30,652 nt of DNA from an uncultured Chthonomonadaceae bacterium (GTDB lineage: Bacteria; Armatimonadota; Chthonomonadetes; Chthonomonadales; Chthonomonadaceae): NCBI GenBank assembly GCA_963835065.1, contig CAWIEK010000006.1, positions 1 through 30,652 on the forward strand, written 5' to 3'. Position 1 is the first letter of the stretch; every line of letters begins with the position of its first letter. Below, piece after piece: positions 1 to 9,585 of this stretch. Under the pieces are notes generated by a model, which did no database searches, had not been told where the DNA came from, and saw only the letters and a program-made list of their open reading frames with translations. A program made the position numbers and the translations under genes.

Positions 1-7
1 TCATGGT

Positions 8-625
8 TCAAGACAATCGGCGGCGCAGGAAAGCGGCTCCGCTCAAGGCTATGCCGACCAAAAGCGCAATGCTGCCGGGTTCGGGAACGGCGGCGGACGC
101 GGCTGTTGGCATGGAAAACGTGATGGCATATGCGCCGCTTCCCACTCCCGGTCCCTGCCAACCTGCCAGCACACCCGCCGGATTCAGCGTACCGTTGTCA
201 TTGTCCTGAATAATCGTGTTCGTATTGTCCAGCGCTTCCAGATTGTTTTGCCCCACGCCGAAGTAATACGCGCCCGGCGAAATCGCCAGCGTCAGTTGGC
301 TGTTCAGACTCCCGCCAAAGTCGTCATTGGCCCCGCGAGGGTTGCCCGCGCTGTTGAAACTGTGCAGGTTCATATTCAGGCCGCCCGCCAGGGCAAGCGC
401 GTTTACGGTCAGCGTTCCGGTGAAATCGAAGTCGGCGCGGAACAGGTCAATGTCCCCGTTGAAAAGCGTTCCTTCGATCCGGTTGACAGCGCCGCCCACA
501 TTCTGCGCCGAACCGAGCAACTGCCCCGTATCCCCGGCCTCCGTATAAGTTTGAGCGTGTGCCGACAAACTGCAGGCGAACAGCGCAAGCATTGCGCAAG
601 CCGCCGAAAAATAAAAACGAGTCAC
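8..625 (-). CDS. PEP-CTERM exosortase-sorted surface protein (PPC/DVUA0089-like extracellular domain)
   Basis: C-terminus VPEPGSIALLVGIALSGAAFLRRRLS (PEP motif, TM helix, basic tail); signal peptide ending SAHA-Q; GTG at 625 follows a GGAAAGGA RBS, so the ORF-track start at 832 is too long. Confidence 0.9.
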   Translation of the reverse strand: MTRFYFSAACAMLALFACSLSAHAQTYTEAGDTGQLLGSAQNVGGAVNRIEGTLFNGDIDLFRADFDFTGTLTVNALALAGGLNMNLHSFNSAGNPRGANDDFGGSLNSQLTLAISPGAYYFGVGQNNLEALDNTNTIIQDNDNGTLNPAGVLAGWQGPGVGSGAYAITFSMPTAASAAVPEPGSIALLVGIALSGAAFLRRRLS

Positions 626-990
626 AGACGTATCCTTTCCACAATCGTTCCTCCAACAATCCAGCAAAAAAGAAACAGAAAAAGACAGGAAAAACCAAAC
701 ACGCAAAAAAAGCGAACCCTTTGTCCCTTGTATCTTCCCGAAAAAAGCGCGACGGGCTTGTTGATGTCGCCAATGAAGGAGCGCAAAATCCATCCCATTT
801 GGATGCCCACAAACGCATACAACACGCCCCACAAATGGAAACTCTGCCGATGCTGGACATGGTGAGCCGGCAAAACGCGGTTAAAACGGCGCAGCAAAAT
901 CTGCCCGCCGCCCACAGCAACCCCGAACATGGCCGCATTGAAGAGAACCGTCGTGTTGGGAGCATCGGTTGTCGCGTTCCAACCGCCAAC

Positions 991-1806
991 CTACGGCGTA
1001 AGCGGATGCCCGTGTTCGTACACAGTGGGGAAATGCCTGCCTTGCAGGATTTCACCCGGCGCGACTTCGACATTGTGTTCGACGAGATGCGTTCGGCGCG
1101 GGTCTTTTTCGTAGCGGGTATAGCCGGGCATATAATGAACGGCAATCGCGGGGCGTCCGCGCTCGGAGCGGTTGGGCGGGCTGCCGTGCCACGTCAGGCA
1201 ATGGTGCAGGCCGGCGTGTCCCTTCTTGACAGGCATGGGAACCGGCGTAACGTCAATGCCGGGGGGAAGCAGGCTCAGGTCGGGCGCGGGCGAAAAGTCG
1301 TCGCGGTTCGTGCCGATGGTTCCGCCCTTGTGCGGCCCCCATTTGTGGCTGCCGGGAACCATCCACATGCAGCCGTTTTCCTCGTCCGCATCCTCTAGCG
1401 CCACCCACGCGCTGACCAGGTTGGCGGGCTGAATAATCGGCCAGTAGGGATGATCCTGATGCCAGTCCGTCGGCCCGCCCACGCGGGGCGGCTTGTACTG
1501 CACCTGATCGTGCCAAAGTCGCAGCGTGTCCGTGCCGATCACTTCCGCCACCATCTGCGTCATAGCCGGTTCGTACAAATGCGCTTCAAACAGCGGGTCG
1601 GCTTCCCATATATTGACGATTTGCACGACAACGTTTTCCCGCTGCCCGTTCATGTTGCGCAGGGCTTCCGGCTGCGATGCGGAACGCCCTTCCATCACGG
1701 CAAACATCCGTTCGCGCAAAGCGTCGGCCTGCTCGTCGCTGATGACGCGCCCCACCTGCAAATACCCCTTTTCGTGAAACTCCGCAATCTGTTCTTCGGT
1801 AAGCAT
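991..1806 (-). CDS. Phytanoyl-CoA dioxygenase (PhyH) family Fe(II)/2-oxoglutarate dioxygenase
   Basis: MLTEEQIAEFHEKGY start, WHQD (HxD), SAWVALEDADEENGCMWMVPGSHKW, distal HGS..N.S..R. Confidence 0.92.
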   Translation of the reverse strand: MLTEEQIAEFHEKGYLQVGRVISDEQADALRERMFAVMEGRSASQPEALRNMNGQRENVVVQIVNIWEADPLFEAHLYEPAMTQMVAEVIGTDTLRLWHDQVQYKPPRVGGPTDWHQDHPYWPIIQPANLVSAWVALEDADEENGCMWMVPGSHKWGPHKGGTIGTNRDDFSPAPDLSLLPPGIDVTPVPMPVKKGHAGLHHCLTWHGSPPNRSERGRPAIAVHYMPGYTRYEKDPRRTHLVEHNVEVAPGEILQGRHFPTVYEHGHPLTP

Positions 1807-1966
1807 GGCTTCGTTCTCCCCTATCTCCGATGATTGGAGGCGTTTTGAGGCGTTCTATAGAATGGCTAGAGGTTCGTCAACGCCTGCCAACTTTCCTTTA
1901 CTTGTAGACAATAGGCCGCATGGCTTCCTGCTTTCGGCCCGTCGCGTAACGCGGAACTTAAAGATG

Positions 1967-4265
1967 TTATAGGCTGGGAACTTCCCGCACCCAACGTTCG
2001 ATCATCGGAACGGCAAACGCGCCTTCGGCGGTCAAAACGTCGTGATTGCGCAGCCAGGCGTGGGCGGCGGGAAAATCCGGGAGTGGGCTGCCGTGCGCAA
2101 GAGCGCGAAAAATCGCCTGCCCGTCCTCGCCCGCATCGCTCCAGACATTCGCAAAATACTCGCCGCCACTGGAAAGCGCGGCGGCAATCGCGGCTTCCAC
2201 GTCCTCACAGGTCGCCTGCCTGCGCTGCTGCTGATTAAGATACTCCACAAGTTCATACGCGACCGCCTGCGTGAGATACGGCTGCCCCACCGTCTGATTC
2301 AGCACGGCTTCCAATGCCCCCTCCGCATACGTCATATCGAAGCGCGGGTCGGGATTCAGGAGCAAGGGACGCAGTTCGTCCGGGGGCAAGAAACTGACGC
2401 GCATCCGCCGCGCGCTGATAAAGCGATCCGTCCAGGCGGGGCCGAGTTCCGCAAACGTCCGCGCGCCCGTGAACATCAGCACAAGGCGCGGGCGGTGCTG
2501 CAAGGTATGGCGCAGCATATCCAGAAACTTCCCGCCCCAACCCGCGTCTACCGCTTCCTGCAGCCGTTCGTACTCGTCCAGGCACAGCAGGGCGCGCATA
2601 TCGGGGGGCAGGGCGCGTTCCATGTCATTCAGCCAGTCGTCAAAGGCGGCAAACGGCTCCCGCGCCAACATTTCCGCCGTGAGGGGTTCGATTGTCACCT
2701 GCCGCCGCTTCAAGCCCTCGCAGAGTGTGCGGGAAAAATAGCGCAGAAGAGTGGCTTCACTTCCAACGGCTGCCGGGTTCTGGCAGTCCAGCACGGCAGG
2801 CGCAAACTGGTTTCCAAGAAGGCGGGGCAACTGGTTCAGCAGGCTTGTCTTACCCATGCGGCGCGGGCCATGCAGCAGGAGCGTAGGCGGGTGCGCCGCG
2901 CCCAAAATGCTGCGCTCGATTTGCGCGGCAATGTCGCGCCGCCCGATGAACACATTCTGCTGTAACTCGCCGACAGGATTGCCGAACACGAACGGATTGT
3001 AAATTTCACCCGCTGGCCTCGATCTGCGTTTGCAGGGCAATGCGCTCATGCTCCAAAACATCGCGCCATTGGTTAGCCGTTTGCAATAGGCGTATATCAA
3101 ACTTTCTGCGCACTCCAATTAGAGCCACCTGCAAACCTTCCAGTTCCTTAATAGCGCTCTGCAGAGCTTCAACCTTGCGATGTTTATTGTAGAGCGTTCG
3201 CAACTTGCCCAACATTGTGGCGCAACGTCTTTACGAAGCAGCGGCGAACGCGGTGTGAAAAGCTTCCGGCAGTGTCATGGGTGCATCTGACCGCCCATTG
3301 CAGCCGCTCTTCGGCGTTTCTTCGATTTCGGGCAACGTGCCTGCCTGAAGATCATCAAGCGCAATTTCCTGCAACGACGATCGCGCGCTACGCGTCTCTG
3401 CAGAGGACGTTCGGCGGCAACAAAAGCGATTTGCCGCAATCCTTCTACTCTGTCTGCCCGCGTCAACAGCGACAAGCAATTCGAGATACATACGGCAACG
3501 GCAGCCAGATAACCTCATTCCAAGATACAGGACACAATCTTCCATGCGCGCTGCAATCCTTGTAAATTACGATCCTCGAATTGTCCACGCATAAGCAGTC
3601 AATCCCCAATCAAGTGGATAAGCATATCAGGCGAAAATACGTCAGCCAGAACGCCATAGCTGAACTGCCACACCGTACTGCCACACCTCCTGCCTATGCC
3701 AAATCGTACACCGAGTGCCACCCAAATGCTACGCCAGTCCCACACGCTGAGTATCACCGAGTGCTACGCCGATACCTACGCCCAATCGCTACGCTGAGAT
3801 GCCATCAGCCGAACCCTTACGCCGAGTGCCACACCGACTACTACGCCGAACCTCGCACCTCCCATCACGCCAATCCTACGCCCGAACCTTATGCCAAGTG
3901 CTACGCCCAATGTTACGCACGATCCCTATGCCAAGCTGCCATGCCGCAACGCCTACGCCTAGCGCTACGTCCTGATTGCTACGCCGAAACCCACGCCTTA
4001 TCGCCATGCCCATGCCAGAATGCAAGCCATTGATAATGAATACCGAACACTTTAGCAGCAGATGCCCGACAAGCAGGTTGCCACAGAGTGGCGAACGCCA
4101 CGAACACAGGGAAGTATCTTGAGCATGTAGCGTAATCGTTTCTGCCATGCTCATGTTCGAGGCTGACTATGTCTCGTGCCCTCCACTTCACGCTCGGAAC
4201 CGTGACGGCTGAAAATAGAGCAGAAAGAGTTGATGTAGTGACCATCGGAAGTAGGATTTCAGCAT
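1967..4265 (-). CDS. Membrane-anchored P-loop (STAND/AAA-like) ATPase with N-terminal Gly-Val-Ala-x repeat TM region, ~760 aa, reconstructed across many frameshifts
   Basis: Manual stitching: ATG 4265 MLKSYFRWSLHQLFLLYFQPSRF; 12-nt period GVAL/GVGF/GIGI repeats at ~3660-4015; AFWLTYFRL; PVSWNEVIWLPLPY; helical linker (ORF 3006-3215); EIYNPFVFGNPV..FIGRRD; Walker A GPRRMGKT; Walker B LLCLDEYE; GQPYLTQ. Confidence 0.78.
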
Positions 4266-4274
4266 GGGCGGAAC

Positions 4275-5616
4275 TTACCAAGAGGGCAGCAGAGACGCGC
4301 ATCTCTTCATTGGCGCGCTGTAAAGCAAGGAGAAATGTTGTCGTCGTGTTCCTTCTGCCTCGACGACATAATAGCAGGCGACTTGAAGCGCGAGAGGGTG
4401 ACAGCGGGCAAAGTCCAGTATGCGTGCTTTCTCATCGGAGTGAAAGGCGGGAATGCCGGAACGGAATACGGCTGAGGAAGTCGGCAGCATCGTGTTCCGT
4501 AAAAGGTCGAAAGAGAAAGCAAGTGGAAACATATTGATAGAAGGGGTGATGTGGGATCGTTGGGTCGGTCAAACAGTGTACTGAGAGGCTGGCGCGAGGC
4601 CGTGATGAGCGACATTCCCACCTGACTGCACGAACGTAACGTGAGGAAGAAAGTCACGGCGAAAACTGCTCCCGCCGCTCGAAAACTTCCTCGAACTCAT
4701 CTAGGCATAGCACCGGACGTTGTCCTTGCCGGCACAATGCCTCAATACCCTCCGCGAATTCCGTCAAATCATTGGGCAGTGACTGTGCAGGCCGAATTCT
4801 CTCTCCCGCCCGGCGCAAAAAACCGTTCAGGGTGAAGCATGTCGGGTGCTGCATATCCATGAAAGCAATCCTTGTGTTCGGCATCCACTCCGCAGCTTGC
4901 CGCGCCACTTGCAGCAGGAGGGAGGTTTTGCCGATGCGCCGTTCGCCCACAATCTGGCTGTTCTGACGCTTGCTGCAAAAAGTTTTTCAAACGGCGTTGC
5001 TCATGTTCGCGGTTGAAAAAGGCGTTTGCTTCCGTAATGCCGCCCCGCCAGACGAATGGATTGGCGGAGTGCGGCAACGTGCCATGCCAGTTGACAAGGC
5101 GATGTACGGTTATTTGCTTGGATACGCCTTTCAAATCGAAATCACGGACATGGGCAATTTCCGCTTCCCTGCCGTGAAGATGCTGCTCGACGTTTGCTGT
5201 AAAGTAAACCTCTCCCGCAGGACACTCGCTGCACACGCGGGCTGCGCGATTGGCGGCATCCGCGCGCAGGTTGCCGTCTCGAGCAGCATCGTGGCTTCGC
5301 CAAAGTCCATGCCGATATGCAGGTCGAATTGCAAATGCGGGTTCGTCAGTTCGGCATTGCGCTCTTGAACGCGCTTTTGGATCAGATGCCCGCACAGCAC
5401 GGCGTCACTACACGCGCCGAACGTGAGCATGTGCCCGTCACCCGTATCGGCAATGATAACGCCCCGACACAGCCCCGCCGCTTCCGCCGTGAGCGCGCTT
5501 TGCTCATGGGAAACCTGCCGTTTTTCTGCCGGCGTCCGCTGTTCCGAACGCGCCGTAGAGCCAATCTGGTCGGTGAACATCACCACTTTGAGTTCTGTTT
5601 TGAGTTCTGTCGCCAT
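4275..5616 (-). CDS. Class III nucleotide cyclase fused to a P-loop (STAND/AAA-like) ATPase, ~445 aa, reconstructed across frameshifts
   Basis: ATG 5616; VVMFTDQIGST, TGDGHMLTF, LHIGMDFGE, DAANRAARV, LKG (cyclase); NPFVWRGGI..FFNRE, Walker A GERRIGKT, Walker B VLCLDEFE, LITASR, HPLALQVAC; stop at 4275. Confidence 0.82.
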
Positions 5617-5671
5617 TCCTGCCGCCTTGTATGCAAACTCGTTGGAACTGTAAAAGGTTAAGTTCCCGAAG

Positions 5672-5695
5672 GTAGGGGCGTTGCTTGCTGCGCCC
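5672..5695 (+). repeat. GTAG-type REP-like palindrome
   Basis: gtaggggcgttgcttgctgcgccc; near-identical copy at 11473-11495. Confidence 0.7.
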
Positions 5696-5988
5696 GCCAA
5701 GAACAACCGATTATGCCCATCGGGAAGTAATAGATGTATAGACTCCGAAGCAAGCGCCCTTTCCCCATTCCCACACGACACCAACAGCAACCATCCAGCA
5801 AAAAAACAGAAGCAAAGCCAAAAAAAGAGCAAAGTAACGCGAAAACAATGAACCTTTTGCCCCATTCCCTCTGTCTAACAAGCACAAATGTCTACTTTTC
5901 AGACACAAAGGCTGAACGTTGGTAGTTCCTATCAACTATCATAACCTAAAACCCTAAAACTAAAATAGCCAAAGGGAGGTACAGGCCT

Positions 5989-6325
5989 ATGTCCCACCCC
6001 TCCCGTTCGCCCTGACGCTGCTGAGGTCACGACGCCTCTCTCCTACAACCTGACACAACGAGACATCGGGCTGGAAGCGCTGTATTGCCAAGATTTCGAC
6101 GATGACTCTACATACTCTTATCTTTTACCTATATCTTCCCGGCTTATCTCTCCGAACTTCCCGTTGCTAGAGTTGGGCTTCCGCTGGTCGGGAAGCTATA
6201 GATTCGACCTTTGCTTGCCCGGATGCGCTCAATACGTAGTTCGTCAGGCGGCAAGGCAATTCCTGCATGGAATAAAAACTGCCGTTCCGGGGATTAAAAA
6301 TCCTCGGTCGCCGAAAGCGCCTTGA
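5989..6325 (+). CDS. Possible hypothetical protein with a frameshift near its 5' end
   Basis: Strong RBS AAAGGGAGGT before ATG 5989; that frame stops at 6015, but the +1 frame is open to 6325 (PDAAEVTTPLSYNLTQRDIGLEALYCQDFDDD...); no recognisable motif. Confidence 0.35.
6287..6307. repeat. REP-like imperfect palindrome (CCGGGnATTGAAAATnCnCGG family)
   Basis: ccggggattaaaaatcctcgg; relatives at 10613-10633, 10711-10731 and 24673-24692. Confidence 0.6.
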
Positions 6326-6525
6326 ATTTCAAACGCGCTTGTAACAGCGCCTCCGAACAAAGAACGTTGCCATCGAACAGGCGGGCGGCAATCGCGCTCT
6401 CCTCTTAAATTCTCCTTCGTGGAGAATAAATCGCCTGTACAAACCGCGTCAACTTTGCTATAATGCAGCCGTATCCTGATTGAACAGGATACGACTGCAT
6501 TGCTTGTTCTGGTCGGAGGAAGCAC

Positions 6526-6819
6526 ATGGTTACATTGGATAGAGCCGCTGAAATCTCATTGGATACCTTGAAAGCGGAAGACCGCGTATTGGCGGAACGC
6601 GCTTTTGCCATTATCGAATGTTTTACGGAGGGAGATACGATGCAGAAAATCCGCAAAGTGTCTATGCCCGATCCCTCCGAAGACTTTTACATTGTGGAAC
6701 AAGGCCACCTGAGTTTTCTGTTTGAAGTGCATGGAGAGTGCAAATTGGTAGTGGACATCACGGCTACCGCCCGCCTCCGATTTTTCCAAAAATTGCGCGA
6801 AGCGGAGACCGCGGCGTGA
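6526..6819 (+). CDS. Small hypothetical protein, possibly RelE/ParE-like fold
   Basis: 97 aa, GGGAGG RBS; pattern VTLDRAAEISLDTL..helix..KIRKV..FYIVEQGHLSFLFEV..LVVDI resembles RelE topology; stop overlaps next GTG start (GTGA). Confidence 0.6.
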   Translation: MVTLDRAAEISLDTLKAEDRVLAERAFAIIECFTEGDTMQKIRKVSMPDPSEDFYIVEQGHLSFLFEVHGECKLVVDITATARLRFFQKLREAETAA

Positions 6820-7450
6820 AAACCTATTCGCAGTCGATCAATGCCAAATCACGCCGCGTGTCGGAATGAACTGGATGCTTACAAACTGTTACTTGACAGT
6901 AAACAGGAGTTGAGCGAAACCGTTGATATTCGCCCGTTCTTCGAGCGTAATCAGCACCTTGCCGCCTTCATCGGCTCTTATCATACCGGCATTGTTGATT
7001 TCGATATGGTTGCAGACCAGTTTTCGCTCTTTGGGGACTTTAGCTGTGACCTCGTAGTAGGTGACTCAACAACGAAAGTCATTCTACTTTGTCGAATTTG
7101 AAGATGGCGGGGAAACAAGTCTGTTTCGTTCCAAGCGGAATTAAAGCAACGCGGGAATGGGCACCACGTTTTGAACATGGATTTCAGTCAAGTCGTGGAT
7201 TGGTTCAACAAACTGGACGACATGAAACACACAAAACAGTTTGAGACGATGTTCGGCAGAGACGTTGAATACAGTGGTTTGCTGGTCATCGGGCGCAACA
7301 GCGCTCTTAAGCCAGGTGAGCGAGATCGTTTGCGCTGGCGGCAGCAAAATATACTGGTGAACTCGCGCAAGACGTGGAATGTGTCACCTTCGACGATTTG
7401 CACAGCATCGGCAAGGAAGTTGAAACGCTATCAACCTATTTGCTGCGCGG
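6816..7450 (+). CDS. Shedu (SduA / DUF4263) family anti-phage nuclease core, several frameshifts; 3' end approximate
   Basis: Stitched: MKTY..CRNELDAYKLLLDSKQELSE..IRPFF..LFGDFSCDLVVGDS..FYFVEFEDG..SLF..ATREWAPRFEHGFSQVVDWF..LLVIGR..RLRWR..VECVTFDDL; D, E and QxxxW, IGR and TFDDL motifs match DUF4263. Confidence 0.78.
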
Positions 7451-9534
7451 CTATTCCGCAAGGTCTTCTTCGCAGAAGACGATTTCTACATAACCTCCAT
7501 ACGTGTTCCCGTCTTGTTCGGCGCGGTTGGTAAAGGTGACATTGCCGTGCAGGTCGTGGCGGACGAGGGTGAGAACCAGTTCCAGCCCGATGTTGGCTTG
7601 CTTCATCTGGATTGAAGTCGGGCGGAAAGCCCGGCCCGTTGTCCTGCACAACCACATGTACATTGCTCCCCTGCCGCGTTAAACGAATTTCTATCGCCTT
7701 CTCGCTTTGCCCGCCATCTTCTTGCGGATTGCCTTGATGGCTGTCTTGAAGGTGGCTTTGAAGATGGCTTTGATGCTTGCGGCTGTGCTTGTCGGCGTTG
7801 GCAATCAGTTCCTGCACCACCAGCGCCAGCGAAGTTGCCGCTTTGGTCGGTATCCATGCGGCTTCGGTTCGGCAGCGCACCGGATGGGGCCGCTCGGACG
7901 TTTGCATCCCCGCCGCCATCAACTGCGTGAGATTGGTCAGCACCACGCCGGCGTTGACTTTGCCCATAGGCTGATCCCGCGCCAGCAAATCATGCACGAG
8001 GGCAATCGCCTTGATCTGGTTTAATCCCTGCCGTACCGTTTCCACCGGCATCGTGTCGCTGTCGGGCGGCAACTGCATTTCCAGCAGCGCCGACACGCCT
8101 TGCAGCGAATTCTTCACCCGATGATGCACTTCCTGAATGGCGCGGGTCAATTGCGCGCTGCGCTCCCGCTCGGCCTTCCACAATCGGCCATTTTCCACCG
8201 CCAGCCGGGTCCGAACCGCAACGGTTTCCACCAGCGTCACCTCGTCGGGCGTCCAGACGCGCGGTTCGCCCGCCGCGCTGACGACGAGGGAAGCCACCCG
8301 CTTGCCGTTTTCCATGAGGGGAACAGCAAGATAAGCGCGTATTTCGGTCGGCGCGTAAACCTCTTCGTAGCTGGAGGCAGTTCGGGGATCGGTTTGCGTG
8401 TCGGCAATGGTGACGGTTTTGCCCGCGTTCAGTTCGGCAAGCACGCCCGCGCCAAACGAACTCAGGCGATAAGTTCCCGCCCAGCTTGCCACATTGCGGC
8501 AGTAGTCGCGGTGAATGACCACTTTGTCGGCGTCCGTATCCGTATCGGTATAATAGCAGCGCGACACTTGCAGATGCTCGCCCAGCGTTTCAACCGCCGC
8601 CCACATCACGTCCTGCGGGTCCGGCGTCTGCCGCATGCGCTCGCCCAATTCACTCAGCCAGCCGCTCCTGCCGCTGCGCCCGCTTTTGCGCGTCAATGTC
8701 GGTGGCTGTGCCGAACCACTTGACAATGCCGCCGTCGCCATTGCGCATGGGCGTGGCGCGGGTAAGGAACCATCGGTACATCCCATCCCTGCCCCGGAGC
8801 CGATGTTCGATCTGGTACTCCCCGCCGGTCTGCAAAGCCTGCGCCCACGCCGTTCGCGTCGGCTGCAGGTCTTCGGCAAACACAATTTGCCGCGCTCCAC
8901 CCGCCAGCGTTTGTTCCAGCGTCAGGCCCGTATACTCCATCCAGCGCTGATTGTAATAATCGCGCCTGCCGTTCGGGTTGGCCGTCCACACGATCTGCGG
9001 AATGGATTCCGCCATAAACCGATACCGCTGTTCACCGCCGCGCAGGGCGGCTTCGGCCTGCCGCGCGTCCGTAATGTCGCGGGAATTGATGACAATGCCC
9101 GCCACGCTTTCATCATGCAGGAGATTGCGCCCCCGCGATTCCAGCAGACGCCAGGAGCCGTCCGCGTGACGAAAGCGGTACTCCACGCTCAGGGTCGCGC
9201 CAGGACGCTGCAGCAGTTCGTCGAACGTATCCGATACGTAGGCCAAATCATCCGGGTGGACATAAGCAAGGCAGAATTGGCCGTTCAAGTCTTCGCGCCC
9301 ATATCCCAGCGTTGGTTCAATGGCGGGACTCTCGTAACGAATGGTGCGGTCAGCGTCCACAATCGTAATGATGTCGAGCGCGTTTTCAATCAGCGATTGA
9401 AAATGGCGCGATGTCATTGCCGCCTGCGCTGCTTTCAGAGGTTCGTCAGGAAGGGCAGTCCAGCCGTCAGACGAAACAGGAACGCGCATTGCGGCGTGGG
9501 AAGCGGTTGTATCAGGCGCGGTAGGTTCCGACAT
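7451..9534 (-). CDS. Cytoplasmic sensor histidine kinase, PAS-PAS-GAF-HisKA_2-HATPase, with two apparent frameshifts (~8655, ~7600)
   Basis: PAS/PAC motifs VHPDD..EYRFRHADGSWRLLE and EHRLRGRDGMYRW; GAF (AYLAVPL..PRVWTPDEV); H-box EVHHRVKNSLQ; QELIANADKH; VQDNGPGFP; NIGLELV. Confidence 0.88.
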
Positions 9535-9585
9535 ACGTTTTTCCGTTTTAGAGCCTCTCCCAATCACGTATTTCGCTCTTGCGTC

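Noticed and set aside
3581..4033. 150-aa plus-strand ORF with YAE/HAN repeats
   Set aside because: Antisense shadow of the Gly-Val-Ala repeat region of the minus-strand ATPase gene.
4275..5616. Calling the cyclase locus Pycsar or CBASS
   Set aside because: No recognisable cNMP-binding effector or CD-NTase; the cyclase is ATPase-fused and the partner is a TM-ATPase, so the label is unsupported.
5930..5965. CCTAAAA-like run resembling a telomeric repeat
   Set aside because: Only about three degenerate units; consistent with the local heptamer arrays.
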